DNA of 64,000 bases from Scenedesmus sp. PABB004 (lineage: Eukaryota), in the NCBI GenBank assembly GCA_014905635.1, contig JABVCE010000021.1, forward strand, positions 186,001 through 250,000, read 5' to 3'. Made by a program: the position numbers and the translations under genes. The notes beneath the pieces were generated by a model, which worked only from the letters and a program-made list of their open reading frames with translations, searched no databases and was not told the DNA's origin. Every line of letters begins with the position of its first letter. Positions within the stretch are counted from its first letter, which is position 1. Positions 34,023 through 46,606 of this stretch are shown here, piece by piece.

Positions 34023-36534
34023 ATGAGGATCGCCATCATCGCCACCCTGGTGCTCGGTGCGCGGCGCGCCGCTGCAGGGGCGGGGACGCCGGCGCTGGCC
34101 ACGCGTGGCCAGCGCGCGCGCGGCTCCGCGCTGCTCGGCGCCGCGTCGGCCCCAGCTCTCACGTGCGCTGCCTCACGCGCTGCCTGCCCCGCCGCGCGCC
34201 GCCGCCGCCGCGCGCCGCGCAGGCGCCGCCGTGCTCGCGGCCGCCGAGGTGCCCGCCGGCTACTACAAGGGCGGCTACTACAAGGGCGGCTGGGGCAAGG
34301 ACCACAACTACGGCGGCTGGGACAGCAAGTTCAGCTGCAAGAAGCGCGGCTGCTTCAAGGCCTGCTCGTCGTACAAGTCGTGGCACCGCCACGAGCTCCC
34401 GACCGCGTGGGAGTACATCGCCGGCAACCCGGACCTCTCGACGCTCGAGGCCGTCCTGCTCGCGCTGCCCACGGGCGGCACGTACCTGCCGATCGTGGAC
34501 ATCCTCAAGAGCACCGCCGTCGACAGCACCATCCTCGCGCCCACCAACAAGGTGCGCGACCCCGCGCCGCCGCGGGCGCCCGCGCCTCGCACGCCCCGGC
34601 CCACGCCGCCCACGCCGCCCTCCCTCCATCCCTCCCTCCATCCCTCCCTCCCTCACCTCCTGTTCCTCACCCTCCCTCCCGCCCTCACCCTCCCGCCCTT
34701 ACCCTCCCTCCCTCCCGCCCTCGCCCTCGCCCTCACCCCCTCCCTCCCCTCCGCAGGCGCTGGCGGAGTACCTGAAGGCCGTCGTCGTGCCGGCCAACAG
34801 CCCCGCGTTCCTCAACTACGCCTACTACCTCATCACATACCACGTCCTCACCGACTCGTGAGCGCTCACACAGCACACAGCACACGCAGCGCGCCGCGCC
34901 GCGCCGCGCCTCGCGCCGCGCCGCGCCTCGCGCCGCGCCTCGCGCCGCGCCGCGCCGCGCCTCACGTGCCGCGCAGCCCCCGGGCGCCCAGCCGCGCGCG
35001 CCGCGCAGCCCCCGGGCGCCCAGCCTCGTCCGTGGGCGGGCGGCCGAGGCTGCTGGCCAGCCCCCTGACCGGCGGCAGCACGCGCTGGGGGCGCGCCCCC
35101 GACCCCCGCCCTCACCCCTGCGTGCCCCCCCTCCCCTCTCCCGCGCCCGCGCGCCCCGCACGCAGGCTGTACGTCAAGCAGTTTGTGGTCGGCAACGCCT
35201 ACCCCACCCTCTACAGCGGCGTGGGCGGCAAGACGCCGTCGTTCATCTACTTTGGCTCGCGCGAGTACAGCAAGGGCAAGCACAAGCGCGAGTGGACCAA
35301 GCGCCACGGCGGCGGCCACGGCAAGTGGACCAAGGTGCGGCCGCCCAGGCGCCCGCGCGCGCGGCGCGCGCCGTCCCGCCCCTTGCACGCGCTCTCGCTC
35401 CCTCTCGCTCCCTCTCACTCCCGCACTCACACCCACTCTCACACTAAACCTCTCTCACACTAACACTAAACCTCTCTCACACTAAACCTAAAACCCTCGC
35501 CCCCCGGCCACACAGTACGAGTACTACTTTGTGGACATGCAGGCCAACGCGCTGCCCATCGTCTGCGCCGACCAGCTCGTCGCCGGCGGCGGCGTCATCG
35601 ACGTCATCGGCGCGGTGCGCCGCGCCGCCCGGGCAGCCGCGCACGGCCCCGCCAGCCAGGCCCCGCCAGCCGGCCCTCGCCAGCCAGCTGCCCGGGCTGC
35701 GACGGGGCCGGGCGCATTGCGCGTCGCGCGGCGCGGCGCCCGCCCCGCGGCCGGGCCGGCGCCGAGCCGCCCCTCGCGCCGCCTCTGCCCCCTGCCCCGC
35801 GCGCAGGTGGCCCAGCCCTCGACGCTCTACCCCTCGCTCGCGGCCGCGGCGACCAAGGCCGGCCTGACTAACCTGACCGCCGCGATTGGCCTCTTCCCCA
35901 CCCTGCTCGGCACCCTGGAGCAGACGCCCTCCATCATCTTTGCCCCCACCAACGCGGTGCGCCCGCCCGCCCGCCGTCCCACGCGGCCGCTGGCGCGCGG
36001 CGCCGCGTCGCCCGCGCGCGCCCCGCCGCCGCCGGCGCGCCGCCGACGCGCCCCGCCTCCACCCCGCTCCGCCTCCGCCACGCTCCTGCGCAGGCGTTTG
36101 GCGCGCTGCTGACCGCGCTCAACCTGACCTTTGCCGACATTGCCAAGGACCCCGCGCTCGTGGCCCTGGTCGGGTCGGTGCTCAACTACCACGTCTGCCC
36201 CTTCCCCTCCGCCGTGGCGGCGTACAACGTGCGCCGCGCCAGCGCCCGCGCGCCGCGCCGTGCCTTGTGCGCGCGCCCGCGCCCGCGCCTCGTGCGCCTG
36301 CCGCGCCTCACGCCCCGCCGCCGCGCCCGCGTCCGCGGCCGCACGCAGATGTCCATCCAGAACCCCGGCGCGTGCCAGCCCAACCTCAACGGCACCGCCC
36401 CGATCACCTGGTCCAACACCACCGTCACCTACGCGACCGGCACCGCCCAGATCCTGGGCCAGGTGTGGACCCCCAACTCGGGCATCTTTGTTATTGACAA
36501 GGTCATGACGCCCACCGCCGTCGGCCGCCGCTGA
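34023..36534 (+). CDS. Secreted fasciclin (FAS1) domain protein with two FAS1 domains
   Basis: Signal peptide MRIAIIATLVLG|AAVLA; FAS1 motifs NPDLSTL, TILAPTN, YHVL, GGVIDVIG; second domain IIFAPTNA|AF, VLNYHV, GIFVIDKVM; about 8-9 exons. Confidence 0.85.
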
Positions 36535-37496
36535 GCGGCCGCGGCGGCGCGCCGCCGACCGCGCGCGGCCTCCTGCGAGGCCGCGCGCGGCGTGCGCGCG
36601 CCGGCGCGCGGCCGCCCCGGCGGCCGCGCGAGGGCTGGTACAAAACGACAGCGAACGACGCAGCGTGCCAACTCAATTGTCCCAGCCGCCGGCCCCGGCC
36701 GCGGCGCACCCGCCCAAGTCCAGCCCGGCGCGTGCGGCGGCCTGGGACCGCTCTGTGGCGGCGGGTATCACATTTCATCGCGGCAGCAGCGTCTTCACCG
36801 GGCTTGGCCCGGCCAATTTCACCGCCTCAAGGAGGGTGGTGTGGCGTTGACTTGACCAAGTGGGTGGTGGTGCAGAGGGCCCGCCTGGGCGACGCCACGC
36901 AGGATTGCTTGCACAGCACGCGATGTGACCTGCAGCGGCGCGGGGGAAGGCTGGCGGCGGCGCGGCGCGCACCTGGCCGCCTGGACTGACACAAACTTCA
37001 TCGCACACACAACCAGAACGCAAGAACAATCAAGCAGCGGCCGCCCGGGGACGCGCGGGGCCGCGCGCGCGCGCGCGCGCGCGCCCGCCGGCGTTGGGCG
37101 GTGCGCGGCGGCGAGCCTGGGAGAGGTGGGGCGGTGTACGTACGGTGTAAAACAAGCCCCACACGCCCGAACCGGGCTTGGGAACAGCCGCTTGTCCGCA
37201 AACCGTGGCGGTGAGTTCAAAGCCCTGCCCGCCCGGCTGCCCGGCTGCCCGGTCTGACTCGCCCGCCGAAGCGGCGGCGGAGGCACGTGCGGGACACACA
37301 CGCCGCGGCGCGGGAGGGCGAGCGCAGGCAGCGGGAGCGCAAGCCGAGCGCGGACAGCAGCGCCGACGGTGCGCGCGGCCGGCGCCTGCCGCCACGCGCG
37401 TGGCACGCCCAGCCCCGCCGCCCACGCTCACAGACGGCTCGCTCGTGCCGACGCCCCGCTGCGCGCCGCGCCGCGCTGCCGCTCGCAGGCGCGGCG

Positions 37497-40148
37497 ATGG
37501 CCGCGCTTGTAGCGCCAGCTGCGACCGCGGCGGCGGCCGCCGCCCGGCGCAGCGCGCGCCCGGGCGCGGCGCGGCCGCGCTTCCACCTCGCCCCGCGCAG
37601 CGGCTGGGTGAGCCGGGGGGCCGCGCTGCGCTGGGTGCGGCGCCCCAGGCGCCCGCGCCCGCGCGCGCGCAGCTGCTCATTCGCGCGCCGCCGCAGATCA
37701 ACGACCCCAACGGCCCGCTGCGCGCCCCGGACGGCACCTACCACCTGTTCTATCAGCACGTCCCCGACAGCGCCGCGTGGGACTGGGGGCTGGTGTGGGG
37801 CCACGCGACGTCCCGCGACCTCGTGACCTGGCGGCACCTCCCGCCCGCGCTCGCGCCGACGCCGGGCGGCCCCGACCGCGACGGCTGCTTCTCGGGCTGC
37901 GCCACGGTCGACACGGACGGCACGCCCGCGCTGCTGTACACGGGCGTGCGTCGCGCGCGGCCGCGCGCGCGCACTGGCGGCGCCGGCGGCGGCGCGCGGG
38001 CCCGTGCAGGGCGCGCGTGCGCGCGCCCGACAGCCCGCCCGCCGCGCAGGTGGTGCGCAAGGCAGCGCACGAGGTCGAGCCCGGCGTCAGCCCGCAGCAC
38101 GAGGCGCAGCTCATCGCCGTCGCGGTAAACCCGGGTGCGCGGCGCTTGCAGGACCGCGCGCGCATGCGCTGCCCGCTCCGCGCCAAGGACCGCCCCGTCC
38201 TGCAAGCGCTCCTGCAGCCTGTGCGCGCGCGTCCTGCAAGCTGTGCCCATCCCACTCCCGCACCCACCCCCGCGCCGCCGCCACCCCCGCAGGCGACCCG
38301 GAGCTGCGCGAGTGGGTCAAGCTGCCCGGCAGCCTGCTGCCGCCGCCGCCGCCCGGCATGGAGCCTCTGGCTGGCTTGCGCGACCCGTTCCTGCTCGAGC
38401 GCCCCACGCCCGGCAGCCCCTGGTGGATGCTCATGGTCGGCGCGGGCCTGCGCGGCGAGGGCGGCGCGCGCGGCACCGCGCTCGTGTACCGCAGCGCCAC
38501 CCTCACCTCGGGTGCGGCGCGGCGGGCGCGCGCGCGGCGCGCGGCGGCGGGCGCACGGCGGCGCGCGCGCCGCCGCCCCGTCGTCCGCCGCGCCCGCGCG
38601 GGCGCCGACGCCGTCGACCGCCCCCACGCCCGCGCGCGCGCGCGCGCAGGCTGGGAGCTCGTCGGCCCGCTGTGTGAGAGCGGCGACAGCACGATGTGGG
38701 AGTGCCCGACGCTGTGCCGCCTCACGTCGGCGGCGTCGCCGGACGTGTCGCGGCACCTGCTGACGGTGAGCCCCGACTACTGCGTGAACCCTGTGACCTA
38801 CTGGCTCGGAGACTATGTAGCGGGGCGGGGCACGTTTGACCTGGCGTCCGCGGACGGGCCGCACCCTCTTGACCTCGGCGATACGATCTACGCGCCCAAC
38901 ACGCTCACCGACGAGCACGTGCGCGCGCGGCGGCGCGGCGCAGGGGGAGGGGCGGGGCGGGGAGGCGAGGGGAGGGGGCACGCAGCGGCGCCGCTGGCAG
39001 CGCCCGAGCCCAGCGCGCGCGCGCGCGCCCCGCGGCGCCGCAGGGCCGCACGCTGCTGTGGGCGTGGCAGCAGGAGCGCGCAGAGGCGCGCCCACGCGGC
39101 GCCTACGCGAGCTCCTGCAACCTCTGCGTGCCGCGCGTGCTGAGCCTCAGCGCCGACGGCGCCCGCCTGCTCCAGGCGCCGCTGCCCGAGCTCGCAGCGC
39201 TGCGCGAGGCGGGCGGCGCGTGGCACGCCGGCGCCGCGGCGGGCGGCGCCGCGCCGCTGGTGCTCGCGCCGGGGCGGCCCGTCGACATTGGCGGCGCGCC
39301 CGGGAGCGCGCTGGACGTGGAGCTCGCGCTCGAGCGCGGCGGCGCCGACGCGGTCGTGCTGCTGCTGCAGCCCTTTGACGACGCGGGCGTCAACGGCGCC
39401 GCCGGCGCGGGCGTCGCGTTCAGCTGGGCGACCAACACGCTGCAGGCGCGCCCGGGCGCGGGCGCCGCGGCGGCCGGCGGCCCCCGCGCGCGCGCCCGCG
39501 CTCGGCGGGGCCGTCGGGCCCGGCCCGACGCTCGATCCTCCTGCGCCGCCGCCGCCCGCAGGTCATCCACAGCACCGACCTCGCCGCGCTCGAGGCCGCG
39601 GCGGCCAGCCCCGTGGCGCGCCCGCGCCACCGCAAGCTGCCCGTGCCCGGGCCGGAGGAGGCCGTGGCAGAGGCGGCCGCCGCGGCGTCGTCGGGCGCGC
39701 CGCGACGCGTCGGCGGCGTGCTGCGCGGCCGCGCCGCGCAGGGCGCGAGCGCGGGGGGCGGCGGGCTGCGCCTGCGCGTGCTGATCGACGGCTCCAGCGT
39801 GGAGGTGTTTGCCTGCAGCGGCGAGGCACTCGTGACGCGCGTGTATCGGGGCGACGAGCCCCCCGCCGCGCCCGCCGGCGGCGACGGCGGCGGCGCGCGG
39901 CGCGCGGCCGTGCTCGCCGGGCGCGACAGCGGCACGGCCGCCGGCGACGCCGCTGGCGGCGGCGCGGCGCGCTGCCCCAGGGCGGCGACGGGCGGCTGCA
40001 GCTGGTCGCGTTTGGCGCCGGCGCGGCGCGGCTCGTGAGCGGGTCGGCTTGGCGCATGGGCAGCATGTTCGACGCGCCGGCGGACGCGCCGGCGGCGCTG
40101 CCCGTGCAGGGCCTGCGCGTGGAGCAGGTGGCCGGGCGGGCGGCGTGA
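37497..40148 (+). CDS. Glycoside hydrolase family 32 (invertase / beta-fructofuranosidase)
   Basis: [52 protein letters not shown]-terminal [10 protein letters not shown]...TRVY. All three catalytic motifs present; no signal peptide seen. Needs a 1-nt correction near 39964. Confidence 0.92.
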
Positions 40149-40984
40149 GGCTGCCGGCGCTCGGACCTGGGCTCGGAACTGGGGCTGGGGCTGGACCACC
40201 TGACGCCGGGCTCGCATTCGGCCCAGCACCACCTGTGTAGAGTAGTGCATGTGCATGTGCCGTGCTGTGCACGGCGACCACCGTGCGGTCGCCGAGCCAC
40301 GCTCGCGTGGCGCCGTGATCCACTGGCGCGCGCTCAGCGCCGATGCGTGTATAATCACGGGCCGCCGCGCAGGTGCGCTCGTCGGGGGAGCAGGCAGGCA
40401 GGCGGCAGCACTTGAATTCGGGGGTGCGCGTGCAGGGCTCGGCGGCAGGGCTCGGAACCGCGGTCCGGGCGCGACGACGCAGCTGGTGGGCGTGCTTTAG
40501 GGGCAGAGAGTGGGCGGCTGTGCAACTGTGGACAGCACGCTGCCGCCGCCGAGCTCGCCGCCAGCGACAGCAGCAGCGGCGGCGCCGCGCCGCCGCGAGC
40601 AGCTGCGCCTGGGCTCCGTTCGCCTACGATCTGCGAGAGTCACGCACGGCCGCACGGCCCCGCTCCGGCGCCATCGGCGGCGCCTCGCCTGGATTCGCGC
40701 GCGCTCAGGCGGGCCCGCACGTGCTCCAGGAAGGCGCGGTCGGCAGGTGCGACGGCCCCCGCGCTGCACCCGCGCGCGCGCGCCCGCCGGCGCGCCCCAG
40801 CGCCCGGGCGCGCGGGCGGCCCGCGCCGAGCTGCTGCAGCGCGCAGCCCGCGGCGCGGCACCGGCTCAATTGCCGCCCCCGACGCCATGACGCCCCGCCG
40901 CGCCAAATGCGCAGGCGGCGCCGGCGGTGCGTGCGGAGCGGGGCGCGGCAGCGGCGCCGGCGGCAGCGGCGGGCGCGCGGCGCC

Positions 40985-42534
40985 ATGCGCGGCGCGGCCG
41001 CGGCCGGGGGCGGCGGGCCGGGCGGCGGCTGGAGCAGACCGCGGCCCGGCGGCACGCGGGCGCCGGCGCCGAGCGGCCGCAGCGGCTGCCGCTGCGCTGC
41101 TGCCGCCGCCAGCGGCGGCGGCGCGGCGGCCCCGAGCGCGCGGCGCGGCGCCCAGCCGCGGCCGGCCTGGCTGGGCTCGCCGCAGCCGGGGCCGCAGCAG
41201 CTGCAGCCGCAGCTGGCGGGCGCGGCGCGGGGGTGCAGCAGCAGGCGCTGGAGCGTCGGCGGCAACGGCGCGCGGCCCGCGCTCTTCACGGACAGCCGGC
41301 AGTTTGAGCAGCAGCAGCAGCAGCAGGACGCCGGCGGCGCTGAGCCGCGGCGGCTGCTGGCGCAGCGGCAGGCTGTGGCCGCCGCCGCGCGCGAGGTGCC
41401 GCCGCTGGCGCCGCTGGCACTGCAGTCGCAGCGCGGGGCGCAGGGCGCAGCCGCGGCGTCGCTGCAGCAGCAGCAGCAGCAGGTGCAGCAGCAGCAGCAG
41501 CTGCTGCAGCAGCAGCAAGGCGGCGAGCTCGGCGGTGACGGCGAGGGCGAAGCGCTCATCGTTCCGCGGCAGCGCTTTGTGCTGCGCTCGCAACGGCAGT
41601 ATCAGCAAGGTGGGCGCCCGCGCGCACAGCGCCGTGCTGCGCGCGGCAGAGACGCTCCGACGCGCGCGCCCGCGGGTGGCACGGCCTCACCGCCCGCGCT
41701 GCCCTGCCCCGCGCGCGCCGCGCCCCGCCGCCGCCCGCCAGGCCTGCGCGCCGCGGCGGCGCCGCGCCTGCTCGACTGCCAGGCGCTGCACGCGGAGCTG
41801 CTCGCGCGCTGCGGGCGCGGGCAGTACGACCCGCCGCTGCTGGCGCAGCTCATCGCGACCGCAGCGACGCCGCGCGACGCCGCGCTCGCGCTGAGCGGCC
41901 TCGCGGCGCTGCGCGCGGTGGGCGTCGCGCAGGGCCGCACCGCGCCGTGGCCCGACAAGCTGCTCAAGACGTTTGTGCGGGTGAGCCGCAGGGTTTGTTA
42001 GGAGGGGGGAGCTGTGCCCCCAGGCGGCGGCGGCGGCGGCGAGCGACCCGCAGCAGGGCAGGGCCCGCCCGGTCGGCCCGCGCCCACACTCGCCGCCGCG
42101 CCGCGCCGCGCCGCGCCGCGCAGATGTGCGCGTCGTGCGGCGCGCCCGAGGTGCTCGTGAGCGCGATGCGCCGCCCCAACGAGCTCGGGGCGGTGTTCAA
42201 GTGGAAGACCCTGCTCGCGGGGCTGACGCGCTGGGGCGACGCGTGCGACGTCGACGCGCTCGAGGCGGTGATGCTTGCGCTGGAGCCGGCGGGGCTGCCG
42301 GCCGACAGCCGCATGGCCTACGTGGTCGTGCGCGCCGCGGTCAACGGCGGCGCGTGGCGCCGCGTGCGGCCGCTGCTCGCGTGGTTTGCGGACCGCGGCG
42401 TGACGCGGTACAAGCCGGCGATGCTGCCGCTGCTGGACAAGGTCGCCGCGGCGGAGGCGGCGGAGGCGGCGGAGGCGGCCGCCGGTGACGGCGGCGGCGG
42501 CGAGGCGGCCGGCGGCGCAGAGGCGGGCGCGTGA
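40985..42534 (+). CDS. PPR-like helical-repeat protein, possibly mitoribosomal
   Basis: Exons about 40985-41609, 41742-41980, 42124-42534. C-terminal helical pairs (DVDALEAVMLALEPAGLPADSRMAYVVVRAAVNGGAW...FADRGV) look PPR-like; Arg/Ala-rich presequence-like N-terminus. Alternative ATG at 40907. Confidence 0.55.
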
Positions 42535-43227
42535 CGCGGCGCGTGCGGAAAAGTGACGCTTGGCGGCGCGAGGCCGGCGTTGCAGGCTGGCCGCCTGCAG
42601 CCCGGCCCCAGGCCCGCGCGCAGCTCAGCTGCGCACGCACCGCCGCAGCCAAGCACAAGCGGCGGCAGCAGCAGCGGCGGAGACGCGCTGCGCAGCAGGC
42701 GCCGCCAGGGGCAGCGCCAGCGCCGAGCGAGCAGCAGCGCCGAGCCAACGCGCCTGGGCTGGGCGCCCCCTGCTGCATGCGCCGCGATCGCGAGGCCGAG
42801 GCCTAGCGGCGCTGCTCCGAGGGGCCAAGGCCGCGGCGTTGATGCTGGATGCCCGTTCCCGCTCGCACGCCCTCGCCCATCAGCTCCCCGGTGAGTGCGC
42901 CGCTTGCCTGCGGTCGGCTTCGCCCGCGAGCTTGGCGCCCGCCGACGCGCGCCGCTGCCGGCCGCCCAGCTGCGCCCGCAGCTGCAGCTGCCCGCCGCCC
43001 GCCGGCCTCACCCGCCGCCGCTCCCCGCCGCCGCAGCTCCGCCGCCGCCCGCCGCGCCGGGCGACTGCCTGACCAGCGTCAGCCTCAGCGTCTCCCACCG
43101 CCGCACGAGCGGCGCGGTGCGCGGCCTGGTGCCGCCCGGCCCCTGGCTCCCGCCGCCCGGCCCTTGGCTCCCGCCGCCCAGCGCGGCCCGGCACAGCGCG
43201 CGGCCGCCGAGGGGCCCGCGGCGTGCC

Positions 43228-46200
43228 ATGGCGGGCCTCGGCGCGAGCGGCGACGCCGGCCGCGCGCTCACGCCGCGCGCGCTCGCGGCGGGGCTGGCCG
43301 TGGGCGCGCTGCTCTGCTTTTCAAACACCTACTTCGGGCTCCAGACCGGCTGGGTGACGATGGGCAGCCTGCAGAGCGCGATCCTGGGTGCGCCGCGGCG
43401 CGCGCGAGGCGCTCGTTCGGCCGGGGGCGCGCGCGCTCGGCGCGGCGCGGCCGGCGCGTGCTCCCGCCGCGCCGCCGCCGCCACCGCCACCGCCGCCGCA
43501 CCCACTGGCAGGCTACGGCCTGTTCCGGGGCCTGTCCGCCGCCGGCCTGTGCGCCGCGCCGCTGGGCGTGGGCGAGAACGTTATCGTGCAGACGACCGCC
43601 GTCGCGACGGCCACGATGCCGCTCGCGGCCGGCCTCGTGGGCATCGTCCCCGCGCTGGGCCTGCTCTCGCCGGCCGACAACCCGCCGGACGGCCCCGTCG
43701 TGCTCGGCGGTGCGGCGCTGCTCGGCTGGTGCGCGGCGCTGGCGTTTTTTGGCGTGTTCGTCGCGGTGCCGCTGCGCGCGCAGACGATCCTCCGGGAGCG
43801 CCTCCGCTTCCCCTCGGGCGCGGCGACCGCGAGCGTGATTCGCACGCTGCACGGCCTGCCGCCGCGCGGCGCGGCGCGGCGGCGCCGCGGCGGCGGCGCC
43901 GGTGGCGGCGCGAGCGTCGCCGACCCCGAGGCGCCGCTGGCGGGCGCCGAGGGCGGCGACGACGGCGCGCCGGCGCCCGGCAAGCCGCCCGCGGCGCAGG
44001 CGCTGCGGGACGCCGAGGCGCGGCAGCGCCAGTGGGGCGTCGCGCTGCGCGTGCTGCTGGTGTGCTTTGCGGCGTCGGGCGTCTACTGCACCGTCGCGGC
44101 GTGGGTGAAGCCCCTGCGGTGCGGCGGGCTGCCGCGCGGCTGCCGCCGCGCCTCTGCCGGCCGCAGCCGCAGCTCGCCACCGCGCCGGCCGCGCCGGCCA
44201 CGCCGCCGCGCCGCGCCGCCGCACTCACACAGGGTGCTGCCGGTGTTTGACTGGATCGGCCTCCCGTCGGCAACGGCATGGGGGTGGGTTTTGCAGCCCT
44301 CGCCGGGCTATTTGGGGCAGGGCATGATCATGGGGCCGAAGACCGCATGGTCGATGGCGGCGGGGGCGGTGATCGGTGCGCGGCTCTTGACGCGGCGTGC
44401 GGCTCCGCCGCGGCGCCGCGGCCCGCGACGCGGCGCGCGGCCCCCGACGCGGCGCGCGGCTCCGGACGCGCCGCCACGGCCCTGGACGCGGCGCGCGGCC
44501 CCTCAACGCGCCGCCGCGGCCGCCCGCAGGCTGGGGCGTGCTGGGCCCGCACGCGCGCGCGGCGGGCTGGGCGCCGGGGCCGATCAAGAGCATTGAGACC
44601 GGCGCGGCGGGCTGGCTGATGTGGCTCGGCCTCGCGCTGCTCCTGGGCGACTGCCTGTCCGAGCTCGCCCTCCTGGCGGGCGGCGCGCTGCTGGCGAGGG
44701 CGCGGCGCGCCCGGCGGGAGCGGCGTGGCGGCGGCGGCGGGGGCGGCGGCGCGTACGCGCGGCTGGACGCTGCCGCCGCGCAGGCGGCCGACGCGGAGCA
44801 GGGCGGCGCCGCGCTCGGCGGGCCGCGGGGGTCGCTGCTGGAGCTCAGCCCCGCGGGCAGCAGCAGCGGGCTCAGCGTGAGCGGCGCGGCGCCCGGCGGC
44901 GCCGCGCCGCCGCAGCCGCCCGCCTGGGGCGCCGGCGGCAGCGACAGCAGCAGCGACGACGGCGACGACAGCGACGGCGCCGCCAGCGACGGCAGCAGCT
45001 GGGACGACGCCGGCGAGCCGCGCGCCGGCGGCGGCGGCGGCCCCGGCGAGGGCAGCTGGCTGCTCTCGGCCCGCTTCTGGGCGCCAGGGCTCGCCGCGAG
45101 CACCGCGCTGTGCACCGCCATCCTGGCGCCACTACTGGGGCTGCCGCTGCACGAGCCGCTCGTCGCCGTGGCAGTCGCGCTGCTCGTGGCCCTGCTGGCG
45201 GTGCGCGCGCTCGGCCAGACCGACCTGAACCCTGTCTCGGGCGTCGGCAAGATCAGCCAGCTCGTGTTCGCGGTCATCTCGCCGGGGGCGGTCGTGCCCA
45301 ACCTGGTCGCCGGCGCCATCGCCGAGGCGGGCGCGCAGCAGGCCGGCGACCTCATGCAGGCGCGGCGGTGGGGCGGCGCGGCGGGCGGCGTCCTGCCTGC
45401 CGGGAGCGGGGACGCGGGGGCGAGCGCCGGGCCCGCCGCCGCGCGCCGCCGCATCCGCCGCCGCCGGTCAACGGCCGCCCGCCGCCCGCCTGCCGCCCGC
45501 CTGCCGCCCGCGCCACGCAGGACTTCAAGACGGCGCACCTGCTCGGCGTCGCGCCCGGCGACCAGCTGCTCGCGATGCTGATCGGCTCCGCCGCGTCGGT
45601 GCCGCTCTCGGTCGGCGCGTTCAAGCTTTACACGTCGGCCTGGGAGGTCCCCGGCCCCGTGCTGCCCGCGCCCACGGCAGCCATCTGGCTAGACATGGCG
45701 CGGCTGGTGCGAATGGGCCTAGGCCAAGGCGGGCCCTTGGCCGCGCGGCGCGGCGCGACGCGGCGCGACGCGGCGCTGCCGCGCACGCCGCGCAACCCCG
45801 CCGCGCGCCCCGCAGGTCAACGGCGGCAAGCTGCCGGAGCGCGTCGCGCCGTTCTGCGTCGGCGCCGCGGCGCTCGCGGCGGCGCTGCCGCCGCTGCAGC
45901 ACGTGCTGCGCGCCGCGCAGCGCCGCGCCGCGCGCGCCGGCGGCGGCGGCGGCGCCGCGCGGAAGGTGAGCGACGACGGCGCGCCCGCGCGCGGCGCGGG
46001 CGGCGGCGGCGCGGTCGCGGCCGCCGCGCGCCGGCTGGCGGCGACGTGGCGCGGGCGCAGCGCGCTGGACTGGGCGCTCGCGCTGCTGCCCAGCGGCGTC
46101 GGCGTCGCGGTGGGCATGTATTTGGAGGCCCGCTGGACGGTGCCCCGCCTGATCGGTTCGGTGGTGGACCAGGCGAGCCCGCGCGCGCGCGCGGTGCTGC

Positions 46201-46401
46201 GGCGGACAGCGCCCGCACGGCACGCGAGGGGCGCGCGGCCTCCTGCGATCACGCGCCGCCGCGCCGCACCGCGCGCAGGCGTGGCTCGCGCTGTCGCCGG
46301 AGAGCCACGCCGCGCTCATGATGGTCACGGCGAGCGGCCTGGTGCTGGGCGAGGGCTGCGCGTCGGTCGTCACCGCGCTCGCGCGCGCGGCGCTGAGCTG
46401 A
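43228..46401 (+). CDS. OPT superfamily oligopeptide / metal-chelate transporter (YSL-like)
   Basis: LTPRALAAGLAVGALLCFSNTYFGLQTGWVTMGSL, ENVIVQT, LRFPSGAATA, GQGMIMG, GQTDLNPVSGVGKISQL, AGDLMQ|DFKTAHL; many TM segments; 7 exons. Confidence 0.92.
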
Positions 46402-46606
46402 GCTGGGCGCGGGGCGGCGCGGCGCTCTCGCGTGCAATTGACTAAGAGTCCAGGGCGCAGCCCAGTTGCCCGCACACGCGTGCGCGCTCACGCCAGCCGC
46501 ACAGTGAGACGCGCGCGCGGGCCGGCTGCCAGCTGCCCGCGCCCACGGCGCCGCCGCCTGCTGCCGCGCGCCCGCTGCCGGCCGCGCCGCGCCGCGGTGC
46601 TCGAGC

